Below are positions 13,001 through 24,000 of a DNA stretch of 64,000 bases, piece after piece. The stretch is from positions 5,642,001 to 5,706,000 of the forward strand of contig NW_024704751.1 in the NCBI RefSeq assembly GCF_018977255.1. The letters are read 5' to 3'. A program made the translations under genes and the position numbers. The stretch comes from Callorhinchus milii. Its lineage: Eukaryota. A model generated the notes under the pieces. The model did not search any database. It was not told the origin of the DNA and was given only the letters and a program-made list of their open reading frames with translations. Position 1 is the stretch's first letter. Each line of letters opens with the position of its first letter.

Positions 13001-14576
13001 AAAATTACACAGCTTTTTCAAAAGCTAGAAGAAAAGAGCCATTTCCTAGTAGCCATCTTCTAAACAATCTTCAAGCTCAGTCGTAGAATATATAAGAATA
13101 GAATGCTTTTTATTTCCGGTTGTTGCATTCATGAGAAAAACTTTCACTGTCCGTTTGTTATGTCTGTTTCATAGACTTTTTGATTCTCAGTGTTTTGCCT
13201 AGTTAATTTCTTAACACCAGAATCAAATGACTCAATGAAAACCATATCATAACCTTGTGGGCAACTTGTATAGTATACAGTATAATAGTGAAGCTTAAAC
13301 CAGAAAACTTATGACTGATGAGTTCAAAATAAAGATCCAATATTACTATAGTTAGGAAGTTTTCTAATCTTCAACCCCAAGCTTCTCTGTACGTAAACGG
13401 CATAACATAACACTGTAGTTATTTGACTGTTTCCACGCTTGTTTCCTCAGTATGAAGGAAGAAAAGCCAAGAGGCTATTCCGATGAGCCAGACTCTAAGA
13501 ATTTTGTCAACAGGTCAAGGGAGTCCAACTCCGAAGGCAAGGACAATAGGAACCTGGATGCAGACAGCGACCTTGAGGTTGACAGTGATGATGAAGGCGA
13601 AACTAAGGATAACAGAAAACTGGCGTTCAAGCAGAAAAGGGACAGCAAGAGCTCGGAGGTCAACGAAGAGAAGTCAAGGAGCCGCCAGTACAGAAGGCAT
13701 GTAGAGTCGTCTAGTGAGGAGGAGGAGGAGGAGGAAGAAGAGGGTCGTCAGCGCCAGAGTCAGTCAAACAAAGATAAGAGCGAGAAAAGTAAAAGCCATT
13801 CGAAAAGCTCCCGGGATGATGATAGGGAAAGAAACCGCAGAAGCGGAGAAAGTCTGAGCTACAAGGAGTCCAGCCACGACCAGGAAAAGTACAGAGAGAG
13901 AGATCACGATCGAAAAGAGAGAGAACGGAACAAATATGAGGACAGTAGAGATCGCAAGAGAGACCGAGAGGAAAGGCATAAGGATAAAGATTACAACAGT
14001 AGAAGAGACGAGAGGCACAGAGACCATGGGGGAGAGAAACCAAAAGAGAGGGAAGAACGAGGAAGAGACGAAAAACAGAGGGAGCGAGACAGAGCCAAGA
14101 GGGACGAGAGCAGGAGGGGAGAAAAACACAGGGACCAAGATAGAGAAGACAAAACCAAAGAAAAGGAAGAGCGTGTAAAGGAGAAGGGAAGAGAGGCCTA
14201 CGAGCGACGGGAGAGATACAAAAGCAGCGAGGGGAGAGACGATAGCTCCTCGCGGTCAACGGAGAAGGAGCGGTCGAGGAAAAGTGACCACAAGAGATAC
14301 AGATCCGAAGAAAAGGAGAGCAATGAAGACAAGACCGCCGGGTCCAGAAATACAGACAAAGAGAAAGAGGGCGAGATTCCTGACTTGCCGTGCGAGCAAA
14401 AGCCCAGCGACGGACCCCAGAAGAAGCCAATCGAAACCGAGGCCGCCCAGCAGTTGAGCAAATTTGCCAAGCGCAGCAACGAGGAGACAATCACGTCTGC
14501 AAAAGAGCGATACCTGGCCCGGCAAATCAACCGAGCTTCGAAAAAGTCATATATCGAGCTGGAGGAAAACGAGTAA
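3992..14576 (+). CDS. NSRP1: Nuclear speckle splicing regulatory protein 1 (CCDC55), 5'-partial; join(3992..4076,7985..8041,9061..9189,9711..9918,11678..11789,13451..14576)
   Basis: Six GT-AG exons splice in frame (1717 nt). Motifs YGLILPKK, FGDSDDE, VYEYD, PKYI, FVTSAYKKKL, DVTKQKDLSGFYRHLLNQ, an R/E/D/K-rich domain and KFAKRSNEET..SAKERYLARQ. Synteny with SLC6A4 and BLMH. Exon 1 not found (upstream or in the gap). Confidence 0.95.
5365..5748 (-). mobile_element. SINE family B, reverse copy, tail-to-tail with a family A tail (5230-5345)
   Basis: Reverse complement of the Deu-like core and head. Confidence 0.7.
6430..6700 (+). mobile_element. Decayed L2-clade LINE ORF2 C-terminal fragment
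   Basis: Translates to LHSLPV..IDFKILTLVFKSLH..PYLSNLL and PRLWNSLP, typical of the L2 ORF2 end, with a stop codon. Confidence 0.75.
7985..8041 (+). CDS. NSRP1: NSRP1 exon 3 (TSVGESLQKEALKKRVMKQ)
   Basis: ttctgcttccag|ACATCA ... AAACAG|gtaaac; 57 bp; missed by the ORF track. Confidence 0.92.
9061..9189 (+). CDS. NSRP1: NSRP1 exon 4 (TKLEMQKALEEDSTVYEYD...ANKK)
   Basis: ttccaaatag|ACAAAA ... AAAAAG|gtagaa; 129 bp. Confidence 0.92.
9711..9918 (+). CDS. NSRP1: NSRP1 exon 5 (PKYIESLMKA...REAAIE)
   Basis: Conserved coiled-coil segment; donor GAAG|gtgaac; acceptor acccaaaaag| is atypical (see findings). Confidence 0.88.
10151..10403 (-). mobile_element. SINE family A, internally deleted, with a ~25-bp insertion near the B box
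   Basis: Tail, partial body and head in reverse orientation. Confidence 0.8.
11678..11789 (+). CDS. NSRP1: NSRP1 exon 6 (ASLDVTKQKDLSGFYRHLLNQTVGEE...)
   Basis: gctcttag|CTTCG ... AAAAG|gtaaaa; 112 bp, phases match both neighbours. Confidence 0.92.
13451..14576 (+). CDS. NSRP1: NSRP1 last coding exon (RE/RD/RS-rich domain and conserved C-terminus)
   Basis: gtttcctcag|TATGAAG; 374-aa open frame ending in TAA. Confidence 0.95.
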
Positions 14577-14630
14577 TAATATTATTGCGGCTGCTGCCGA
14601 CAGAAATCGAAATATATAAATAATTGATTC

Positions 14631-14636
14631 AATAAA
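14631..14636 (+). terminator. Candidate NSRP1 polyadenylation signal
   Basis: AATAAA 55 nt after the stop, followed by a pyrimidine-rich tract; a distal ATTAAA at 15204 is an alternative. Confidence 0.55.
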
Positions 14637-16524
14637 AGATCTTTTTTCCTCCTTCTCTCCCCCCGCCCCTACCATCCCTACCCTTCCATGCCCCCGATAA
14701 TCCTTCCGACACTAAGACCAATGTTATAAAGGAGAATTTCATCCTAATGAAAATGCAAAGGTATTTTCCAGACTTCAGCTGTGTCGATGGATTACCTGGA
14801 GTTTTAAAAACCTGGTTGTGTTTATATTTGTTAAAGATTGTAGTGTGCTTTTTTTTTAAACTAAAAAAGAAAGGAAAAAAATATATGCCCTGGTCTGATT
14901 GAATGGACGGTGACGGTTTTGGAGATTCTATTGTAAAATTGTCTAGAAGCGGTGTGAAATATGGGTGTTTAAAAGAGTTTTATATCCAGTGTAAAAAGTA
15001 ACGTCAGCAAGCCGGAAAGTCCCGTTGCTTTAAAGCTTTCCGTTAAGTAAAATACTATAATTTCACTTTACAAAAGCTTTCATCTCCTGCATACTTCATA
15101 GTAACGGGCCACTGCAGTCAATACTTGTGCGTATTGGTGACATATGGTTATTATTGTGCGAATGATGTAATGCTTCTGATTTAATCTATTCGTGCTGAGT
15201 TGCATTAAATACTGCTGACTTTTACAAGTATATCACTGCAAGGCACCTCCACTCTTTCTATTTTATTTTCCCTCGGGTTTCTAAATGTGAGCAGTGTTTT
15301 AGAGCTCAGTCGGGTATCGTACACAGCACTCTCATGAAATTTGACATGTTTGCTGCCACACGTTGTCGCACGCTTCCTTTTTAGATAATACCGTAAACAT
15401 TCATCGATCGAAGCCGGCTCTTTCATCGCTGGCTACTAATATATCGCCGTAACCGTTACGGGATTAATTGTAAACGTTTTGCGGTCTTTGAAACTGAGAA
15501 AAAAAATGCCTCGCTCTTTTTTTGGTTTTCTTTTTTTTTCAAAAAATGATGTTTGTCACTGCTTGAAATTGTTATAGGCTTTGCCTATAAATTTGCTGCG
15601 TGTACCAGGGCATTTTGAAGTTTTACTGGAGTATTTGACAACTAGAATTGCAATAGTTTATCTTGGCTATGAAGGAAAATGCATTTGCAGGAAATCATGG
15701 AAGCTAATTTACGCACGACAATGTGGCACGAGCATGAAGAGAGTGGGCAATTTTATTTTGGGAAATTGTCCCAACAGGATTATTTAGGTCCACCTCCTGT
15801 CAACTCTAGCTCATGCCTTCCCCCATAATAATTAGTAGTTTTAACAGACTGCTTCAATGAACTGCAACATGGCAGTGATTCTATTACAATGAAGCTTGCG
15901 GTTGTGTCTTTTACAAACCTCATGGCAAAGGGCACTATTCACCTTTATCTGTGGCCAATGTTTATCTTATCTAAGCTAACTTGCCTTGCTTTGTAGAGTG
16001 TCCAGAATCTGCACAGCAGAAAGAACAACAAATTACATTTACGCAGCGCCTTTCATGTCGGAAGGACGTCCCAAGGTGCTGGACAGTTAGGGGTTTGCAC
16101 CCGAGCCGGGGGTTTGGAATCCAGAACGGAGGGTGGTGGAAGGTTAGTTTTGTATGAGTGATTTTTACACTGAAATCATTAGGGATCAGAGGTGAAACTG
16201 CAAACACACATTAGTGGCTAAATGAACTATTGTGTGGGGAGTTAATGTGCAGAGGGTTTCTCTATATAATGCCTTCAGGTTGTGGAACAAACACAACTTG
16301 TGACTCCAATCAAGATCATATTTTCCTCTTAAATTGCATTTAAACTATTACCCTACATGTTACTGTTTTTATAATAATAATCCCTGCGTTTGATCCAGTG
16401 CCTTTGATTTTGGGACGACAATTGAATACAATATGAAAGTACAGGTACATGTGAAATATTTGCTATATTAACATTAAAGAAAAAAACTCCAGAACATTCC
16501 CTTTAACTAATGGAAATGATAAAC

Positions 16525-16530
16525 TTTATT
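16525..16530 (-). terminator. Candidate SLC6A4 polyadenylation signal
   Basis: tttatt on + (AATAAA on -) at the end of a ~1.4 kb AU-rich, SINE-free stretch below the stop codon. Confidence 0.55.
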
Positions 16531-17908
16531 CAGTCACCATGTAAAATAAGAGCAAGAACTGTAGGCACACATTTGCATGATAATTGTTACAACAGTTTAG
16601 AAATATAATTTGCATACACATATATATACTGGACAAAGACAGTTGACAGTAACACATAGACTTCACTTACAGTAATTTGAATAAACACACAAGACAAGCG
16701 ACATAAGGTAGATATGCAAGGATGATTTGATACAACAGCAGTTGCATAAGCAAACTCATCAACCCCACAAATACTGTATTTAAAAAAAATTTAAACCGCA
16801 AATGCAAGAGAGCAATTAAATGATTTTTTTAAAAAAAAATAGCGAATTCCGATCCCGATACATTTTTAAATGACCTAAACATCAGGTTTTAAGTGCGTGA
16901 GCATACAATTCAATTGAAATGTTATCAAGCTTTTCACAAGTCACAGTTTTACACAAGCTGTGAGGGGTGTGTGTGTGTGTGCATGCATTCATGCACTGTG
17001 GGAAGTATAACTGATCAGTCACAAACGTGAAACTGTTTTGCAAGAATGTGAAACGAAATTCGATACTTCAACCCATCTTTTAAAAACATTTTCTAAAATA
17101 AAAGTAGGTGTCATAACTTTCTGTAAAAAATAATATTGACTTCACTTGCAAATTCAAACTGAAGACTGGTTATGTAAATTTAAAAAAAAGTTAGACAGCT
17201 ATTCACCATTCCAGTTATTTCTTCCTTTTGGATTACTTTTGCATGCATCCCATTTACCTGCCTTTGTTAACAAGCAATGACCCAATGTGGAAATAAAAAG
17301 ACTTCTCAAGGGAATAAGGCACCCTGAACGCAGAGGAGTAGTCAATAAACGGAATCAGAAGTAATGATCAATTTCGAATTGATCGCTTACAAACGACAAA
17401 CGGTCTGTTCCATTCTGTGTTGGTCAAAAACGCAAACTAAGTCGTTCCAAATTATTTTTGTTTGTGCTCTTCCCCTTCAATAAACAAGCTATTTGTAAGC
17501 ATTTAAAGCTAAACATCCTTACACGTTATAAATTCACAAATAACTTGCTTACTTATAAATAGAAATACCAATCACTCAGTCGTACGCACACAAAGTATAT
17601 CATAAAAAGACGTAACAGTCCATTGCAGTCATGGAAACTCTTTCGTTATAAAACAATGTGTGTCACGCCTCACAGGCAATGATGAGCAATGGATAGATTT
17701 TTCTGACCTTTTATCACTTAGGCCTTTTTTTTTAAGCAGACCTTTCGTACAGAAAGATTAACGGAAAAACCTAAAGACTTTGAAAGGATTGCTGACATCA
17801 ACACGCTCAGTTTTGAGGATCATTGCGTGTCCTGGTGTCTGTTACTCTGGCATGTGTTCTGACTCCTCATTTCCACTGGCTATGCTCATCAGCAGTCGGG
17901 CCAAGAGG

Positions 17909-18004
17909 TTAAGGGTTATCCAATGCATTAACATCATTCAGGTGGATGCCAGAATTGGCCCCTTCATTCTCGTTGAGTTCTGGGGTTATGCTTTTCAAAA
18001 TCCG
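17909..18004 (-). CDS. SLC6A4: SLC6A4 last coding exon ([31 protein letters not shown])
   Basis: taacag|CGGATT; TAA at 17909-17911. Confidence 0.93.
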   Translation of the reverse strand, partial: RILKSITPELNENEGANSGIHLNDVNALDNP

Positions 18005-21000
18005 CTGTTAACGAAAGAAAAGTCACAAATTATTAATAATAATAATAAGAATCATCCACGCATTTAAATGACATTGTTGTCCAATGGGGCAGACTTGGCA
18101 CATATTTAGCGAGTGCCTTTGTGATGCACAGTGTAAATGAATAGTACAAAACATATGTGGATAAATATTTGATCTTCAAACGTAAGAGAGAGGAGTTTCC
18201 CTTCTCTGCTGCTAGACCTCTGCTGCATACCCTTTGGATCTATATTATTTGTGAAATATTTTCAACAACCACATTCGAGTTGATGTAAGATAAGCAGGCA
18301 ACTCATTTCTTCCTGATCCCAGACCTACAAACTGGTCCCATTTAATTAATTGATGTCTTACAAAGCATTTTAAATGCTTATATTTTGTTTGTGTGTGTGT
18401 GTTTGGAGAGAGAGAGAGATGTGTATGTACATATATAAAATGGATTGAAACGCCTTTTTCATCTAAGCCAATGTTGTGAAGTGCACAATTGTCAGGGCAA
18501 ACGAAAAGTGATTGCGTTTATACTGGAGTATCAGCCTTCTTGTTGGGGGAGAGGGAGGGAGGGGGCGGAGTGGGGGAATACACCCAGGGTTAGAATTCAT
18601 AACATGAGATTGGTCACTCAATCCACAACTGTTTGTCGGGACTCTGCTGTGCACAATTGACTGCCGGGTTTCGCCCACAAAATATACAGTCAGTTCACTT
18701 TACAATGTATTCTGTGAAGCATTTTGAGACGTCTCAAAGACGTAATGAGGCTCTATATCAAATGCAAGGATTATTATTATTATGAGCTATCCTCGTTGCT
18801 CCTAAACACGTTATCAGGCAGACCTTTGACGAGCAGCAGAATATTCCAATTTGCGAGGACAAGTACCATTGAGATCAAATAGGTCATTTCTCGTACAGTA
18901 ATGTTTGCGTGTGCTGAACATTTTGTTCCCTGTTCCTCGTTCATTTCCCCAGTGGTAAATAAAGCTCGCTTCAACAACTGCTACGTACCTGTTTAAATGT
19001 TCCCGGAGTAATCACAATTTTGTAAACCATGTAGGTTGGGACGCAGATGAATGATGAAGTACCGATGCAGTAGCCAACCACTGCAGTCCAATAGGGGTAG
19101 GTATAGTTGTAGAGCTTAAGTACTGGGGGAGTTGACAGAAAGCTGGCAATGATGAACTGTTGAAAAATAGGACAACGGTTGTTAATGGAAAGATGGAGAA
19201 AATAATCCAATTCCCCCTCGACAGATTTACAGCCTCTCATACTCTTTTTGCCTAATAAACAATGACGCCAAACAGCATTTTGATTTATTCGACGGCTTGA
19301 TAGGGCTGTTAAGATGCAGTACTCACACAATTAAGGACCTGATGTTGAGAAAAAAAAAGGCTATTTCAATGAGAAAGAAGTTTGAGTGTCTTTAAAAACT
19401 GAAGTTTTATTTATATCAAGTGCTCGCCGAGGCCAGCTATTCCATGGGTTAGATGTAGTTCAGACCTTATCCCTGGTCCTCCCCAGCATTTGCCTTGAAC
19501 GCACATGTTTTTTCTTGAGGGATTATTATCAGGCTTGTGGAGTAAATAACTTGTCCAACGTTTCGCTCTGCTGGGAATCAAACTCGGGTCTCGTGCTCTA
19601 ACCACTGAGTCAGAGGACTCAACTTTGCATTTATATATCGCTAATTGCATCAGGATCTCACCTCAAGTGCTGCTCTTGGAGCCGACTGGGAGTCAGAGCT
19701 GGTGTTGGGGGGGGGGGGGGGGGGGAGAAAGAGAGCCGACGGAGGGAAGTGGGGGAATGTGACCAAAGGTGTGGAGGAAGGGGTGGGGGAGGGGATGAGA
19801 CGGAGGCACTTCCGAGATGCAGTTCCGAGAGTGGGGCAAAATGGCTGAAAATTTGACCCCAATTGCAGATTGATGAAGAGCATTACAACAATTAGTGTTT
19901 CGCCCACAATATATACAGTCAATCCACTTTAAGTATATCCTGTGAAGCGCTGTGAGACGCCTCCGCGCCATATCAAATGCAAGGATTATTATTATAGTAA
20001 CTGAGACTGAATTACAGGCCTGGGCAATGGAATTGACGGGGAATGGACATGGATGTAAACCAGCCAGCATCACCTGGTTGTGGATCGGGTATTTTAATCA
20101 CCGCAGAGCCAGTTTGTATTTATTTATTTTCAGGCTAGGGGCAGACATTAATCTCCGTTCTTTAAACCCTCACTGACAAGAAGTGAAACCATATATTATT
20201 ACTTTTTATGCTCCTAGGTTCCTGAATAGTGGCTGAAACAAGAAGTCTTGAGAAACTACATCTGGTTATCTGCAAGTTGACATCCTTTACTGAGTGTGGG
20301 AAGGAGGTTGAAATATCTTTGAAGGTCAAATATTAGTATCCGCTTTATAATACGGGACATCCAAAACGATGGGATGTAATCTTAACATTGGAGCGAGGAC
20401 AGTTGGCGAGATCCTCATACAGATGGTGGTGAAAATTTAGAGGTGGAATCTCCTGGGAATGTTTAAAAGGGAGATAGGTGCTTGGGGGAGGCAAGGGGTA
20501 TAGAGGAGGGACAGGGGAAACTTGCAGTCTGGCTTGATTGCACTGTACTACACAGGGCTGTTGTTAGTAACACTGACATGCAGTGTGATGTTGAACCTCA
20601 TTAATACAGAGTTGCTGTAAAAAGTCTCATCTCCACTGTTCGACTGTAAAAACTAGAGCCCACTGCAGTGCAATCAAAGATCTCTAACCTGAGGGTTTGG
20701 ATCGAGCCCGAAAGACATGAACTAATGGCCCTTCTTCCTAATAGCAACATGAAATAAGCGTCAGTCATTTCAGTTGAGTTCAAATTAGACGGGGGTGGGT
20801 GGGGGGGGTTTAAGGGCAAACATCTGCGTGTCCAAATGAGCTTGTTTCATGGTAATTGGGGAAAAGAATGTTGGACGGATGGTCACACTGACCCGTGACA
20901 GACAAGAACAACAACAAATTACATTTGTATAGCGCCTTTCACATCAGGAGATCCCAAAGCGTTGGACAGTCTGCAATGAGTCGTTTAGATTTGACCCTTG

Positions 21001-24000
21001 TCACACTTGATCTGGCAGTGCTGTCAATTCCCTAACGCAAAGGTGCCTCATCTTGATAAGCACATACGTACCAGACGAACGCTCACACACCCACACACAG
21101 TGCCAAAGACTGAATCTTAACCCTGAGGTTAATCTTACCATGAGGAAAATTGGGCTGATAGCGACCCAGCATATCTGCCAGAACCAACCAGGGCTAAAGC
21201 CAAGCATTTCTTTGATGTCCCTGCAGAAGCGCTTCATTCCTAAAGAGAAAAGAAGGTGAAATTATCAACACAGATCAAAGTTCTATTTGCAGAAGCTGCT
21301 CGCTTTACAAAGTCTCCAAAAGAGTAACAACTCTTTATTGAAAACATCCGAGAAAGTGATTACCTAATAAATGTTTCACATGATTCATTTTAGCCTCTGC
21401 TAAACAGGTAACGCACACATTTTTTTNACTGGGAACACCTTGTGATGTGAGGAACGCTGTTATTAATATAATCAATCTAGTAATTCCATAACACCTGACA
21501 AACGAACACTCTCGTATATTTTGCTAATGAATAACGTATTTGGAAATATAGCTGCTATACTGGGTTTATAGTGAGCAGTGTAAACAGATTGCGTGAATTA
21601 TGCTAAAGTCCAAATAGCTCAGCAACTCTGAACAGTATGGTTTTGTTTACAGTATAAAAGAGCTGTTCTGCCAATAACATTTAAAAACAAATCGATATCC
21701 GTGTGAATGCGGTCTTTCTCTTCCTTAGAAGCTCTCCCCTGCAGATTAACATTTACAGAGTGACCTATTTTTTTAAAAAAAAAGGAAAATCAGCACAATC
21801 CTGACTCTCATTTGTTAGCGTCTGACGCTGCCTGGAGATGGTGCTTAAACCCGAACTGGGAGGGGGTATGGAGACGAACAGAGGTCACAAGATCGGTTCA
21901 GATGAAGAAGATTCATTAACTCATCCGATCTCATTCCCTCTAAGGCACCCACCCAGCTATCTTCCTCTCACAGCATTAAGCTGCTTTTTAAATGAGTCTC
22001 AGTGTCCCTGGCCCAAACCACCCTTCCCGGCGACCTGTTCCGATCTTAAATTCCCCCCAATGGGTCAAGAAAAAATATTCCTGGTGTCTGTCCTGATATC
22101 GTCTCTTCGAAGAAGTGGGTTTTTAGGTGGCTTTTGAAGACAGAGAGGAGCGGGGAGCGAAAGTGGAGTCCTGTAGCTCAGTGGTTGGAGCACTCGCCTC
22201 GCAAGCGAGAGACCTAGGTTCGATTCCCAGACGGGGCAAAACATTGGTTTCCTTACTCCACACGCGCGCCTCTGTTTACACAGCAGTAAGTAGGAACCCG
22301 GTTGTTAGTCGATTAGCGGATTGCTTTTTCCGGGTTAATAATTCCTTCAAAATAAATAAAAATTATTTGGTCACTCAATCAACGACTGTTTGTGGGGACT
22401 CCACTGTGCGCAATTGGCTGCCGCGTTTCACCTGCAAATATAGTCAATTCAATGTTTACAGCATATTCTGCGAAGGGCTTTGAGACGTCTCGCAGATGTG
22501 ATAAGGCGCTGTATGAAATCTAAGGATTAAGTGGTCAGGGAGGCAAGGGGTCGGTGGGGGAGAGTTAAGCAATGGCACAACACTCTGCCTTGTTATCTCC
22601 TGCTGAAACCGATCTTACCATAAAACCACGAGACAGCTATCGCTTCCAGAAACACCACAGTAATAACAGCTGCTCCCGTAGCGTATTCTTCAAACAGCTT
22701 CACAACGTATGCTCCGCCCTGAGAATTACATGGAGATCTTACTTTCGACCTCCAGTGTGCTGCTCACTGGTGTGTGTGTGTGTGTGTGTGGCGCTGTACA
22801 AAAGCTCACGGTAAACTTCACCTGTAAGAACGACTGGTATTTCTATTCAAATCTTTGTGGAATTTCTAATTCATAATTATTATTATTACAAAATATAAAT
22901 TATCAATAATAATTCATTAATAATATTATCGTGCAAATGATCTTCGCCCCATAATAATAATTGTGCAAAGATGTCAAATATTTACGATCGAGGGTGAGAT
23001 AACTAGAGGTGGGAAAAGATAACTGGAGCTGGGGTGAGAGCTCAACACTGTGCATGATCTCAGGATCCTTGCCTTTGGCGTCACCCTGCTCTCTGTCCGG
23101 CACACTCAATATACCAAACGGGACTTGATGTCAAACAAGCGAGATGTTTGACTTAAACTCGACAAACATCGAATTATTAGACGCGTCCACAAAATGATAA
23201 GAAATGACAGGAATTGACATCCTTATTTGCATGTGGGGCTGTTGATTGCCGCTAGAATCAGCTTCCGTCCAATCTATTTAAGCGCTTGATTCGCCAGTGC
23301 TTTTTAAGGTGATCCAAAGTGAGAGGCGCAGGAACTTTAGTCGGGACTCACGTAAGTCAGGGTGCTCAGAGCACCCAGGTAGCAGACAATGACCAGACCC
23401 AAGACGAGCCATTCACGGCGGTTTCTAAGTAACTCTGCATACTCATCCAACACTGCTGTCACCACTCCTTCCAAGCCTGCAAACTAACGGTGAAAAAACA
23501 AAGGTATTTACCATGTTGTTATTCTTTATGTTGTACAAGGACCTTTACCTGCGCGTATTACAACAACCCAAAGGCGGCTTTCAAATTTACTGTCCTGTGA
23601 ACGTTTTAAGGTTACTGCATTGTGTGTCCTCTGCCTTCAAGCCCAGACCGACCTAGTGGGAACAAATAGACGCGTCAAATTTTTCGGATTGTTTGGTGAG
23701 GGAAGTATGCAGTCTCAGCATACATCTGTAACTGATCTCTTGTGTGCCCCAGCCTTGAAATAAGGGGTGACGTGTAAAGCCAGACTACTGCAGAGTGGGT
23801 GATGATGGGGGGGGGGGGGGGGGCGGGGTTGGGGTGACTTGTCTGTTTGCTTACCGTGCTGTCTAAGCCCAGAGTAATCAGCATCACAAAAAATATTATG
23901 GCAAAAAACGTAGACCCCGGCATTGTGGCTATCGCCTCCGCGTAAGTGATGAAGAGAAGACTGGCTCCTGGTGAGATCAGGAAAGAAGCTGGTTATTGGC

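Noticed and set aside
13711-14490. 259-aa antisense ORF over NSRP1 exon 7
   Set aside because: Expected stop-poor shadow frame of a purine-rich, low-complexity coding exon
22165-22240. tRNA-Ala-like sequences with A and B boxes (also 31208, 39381, 43313)
   Set aside because: Each continues into a SINE body and tail and lacks a clean acceptor stem; these are SINE heads, not tRNA genes
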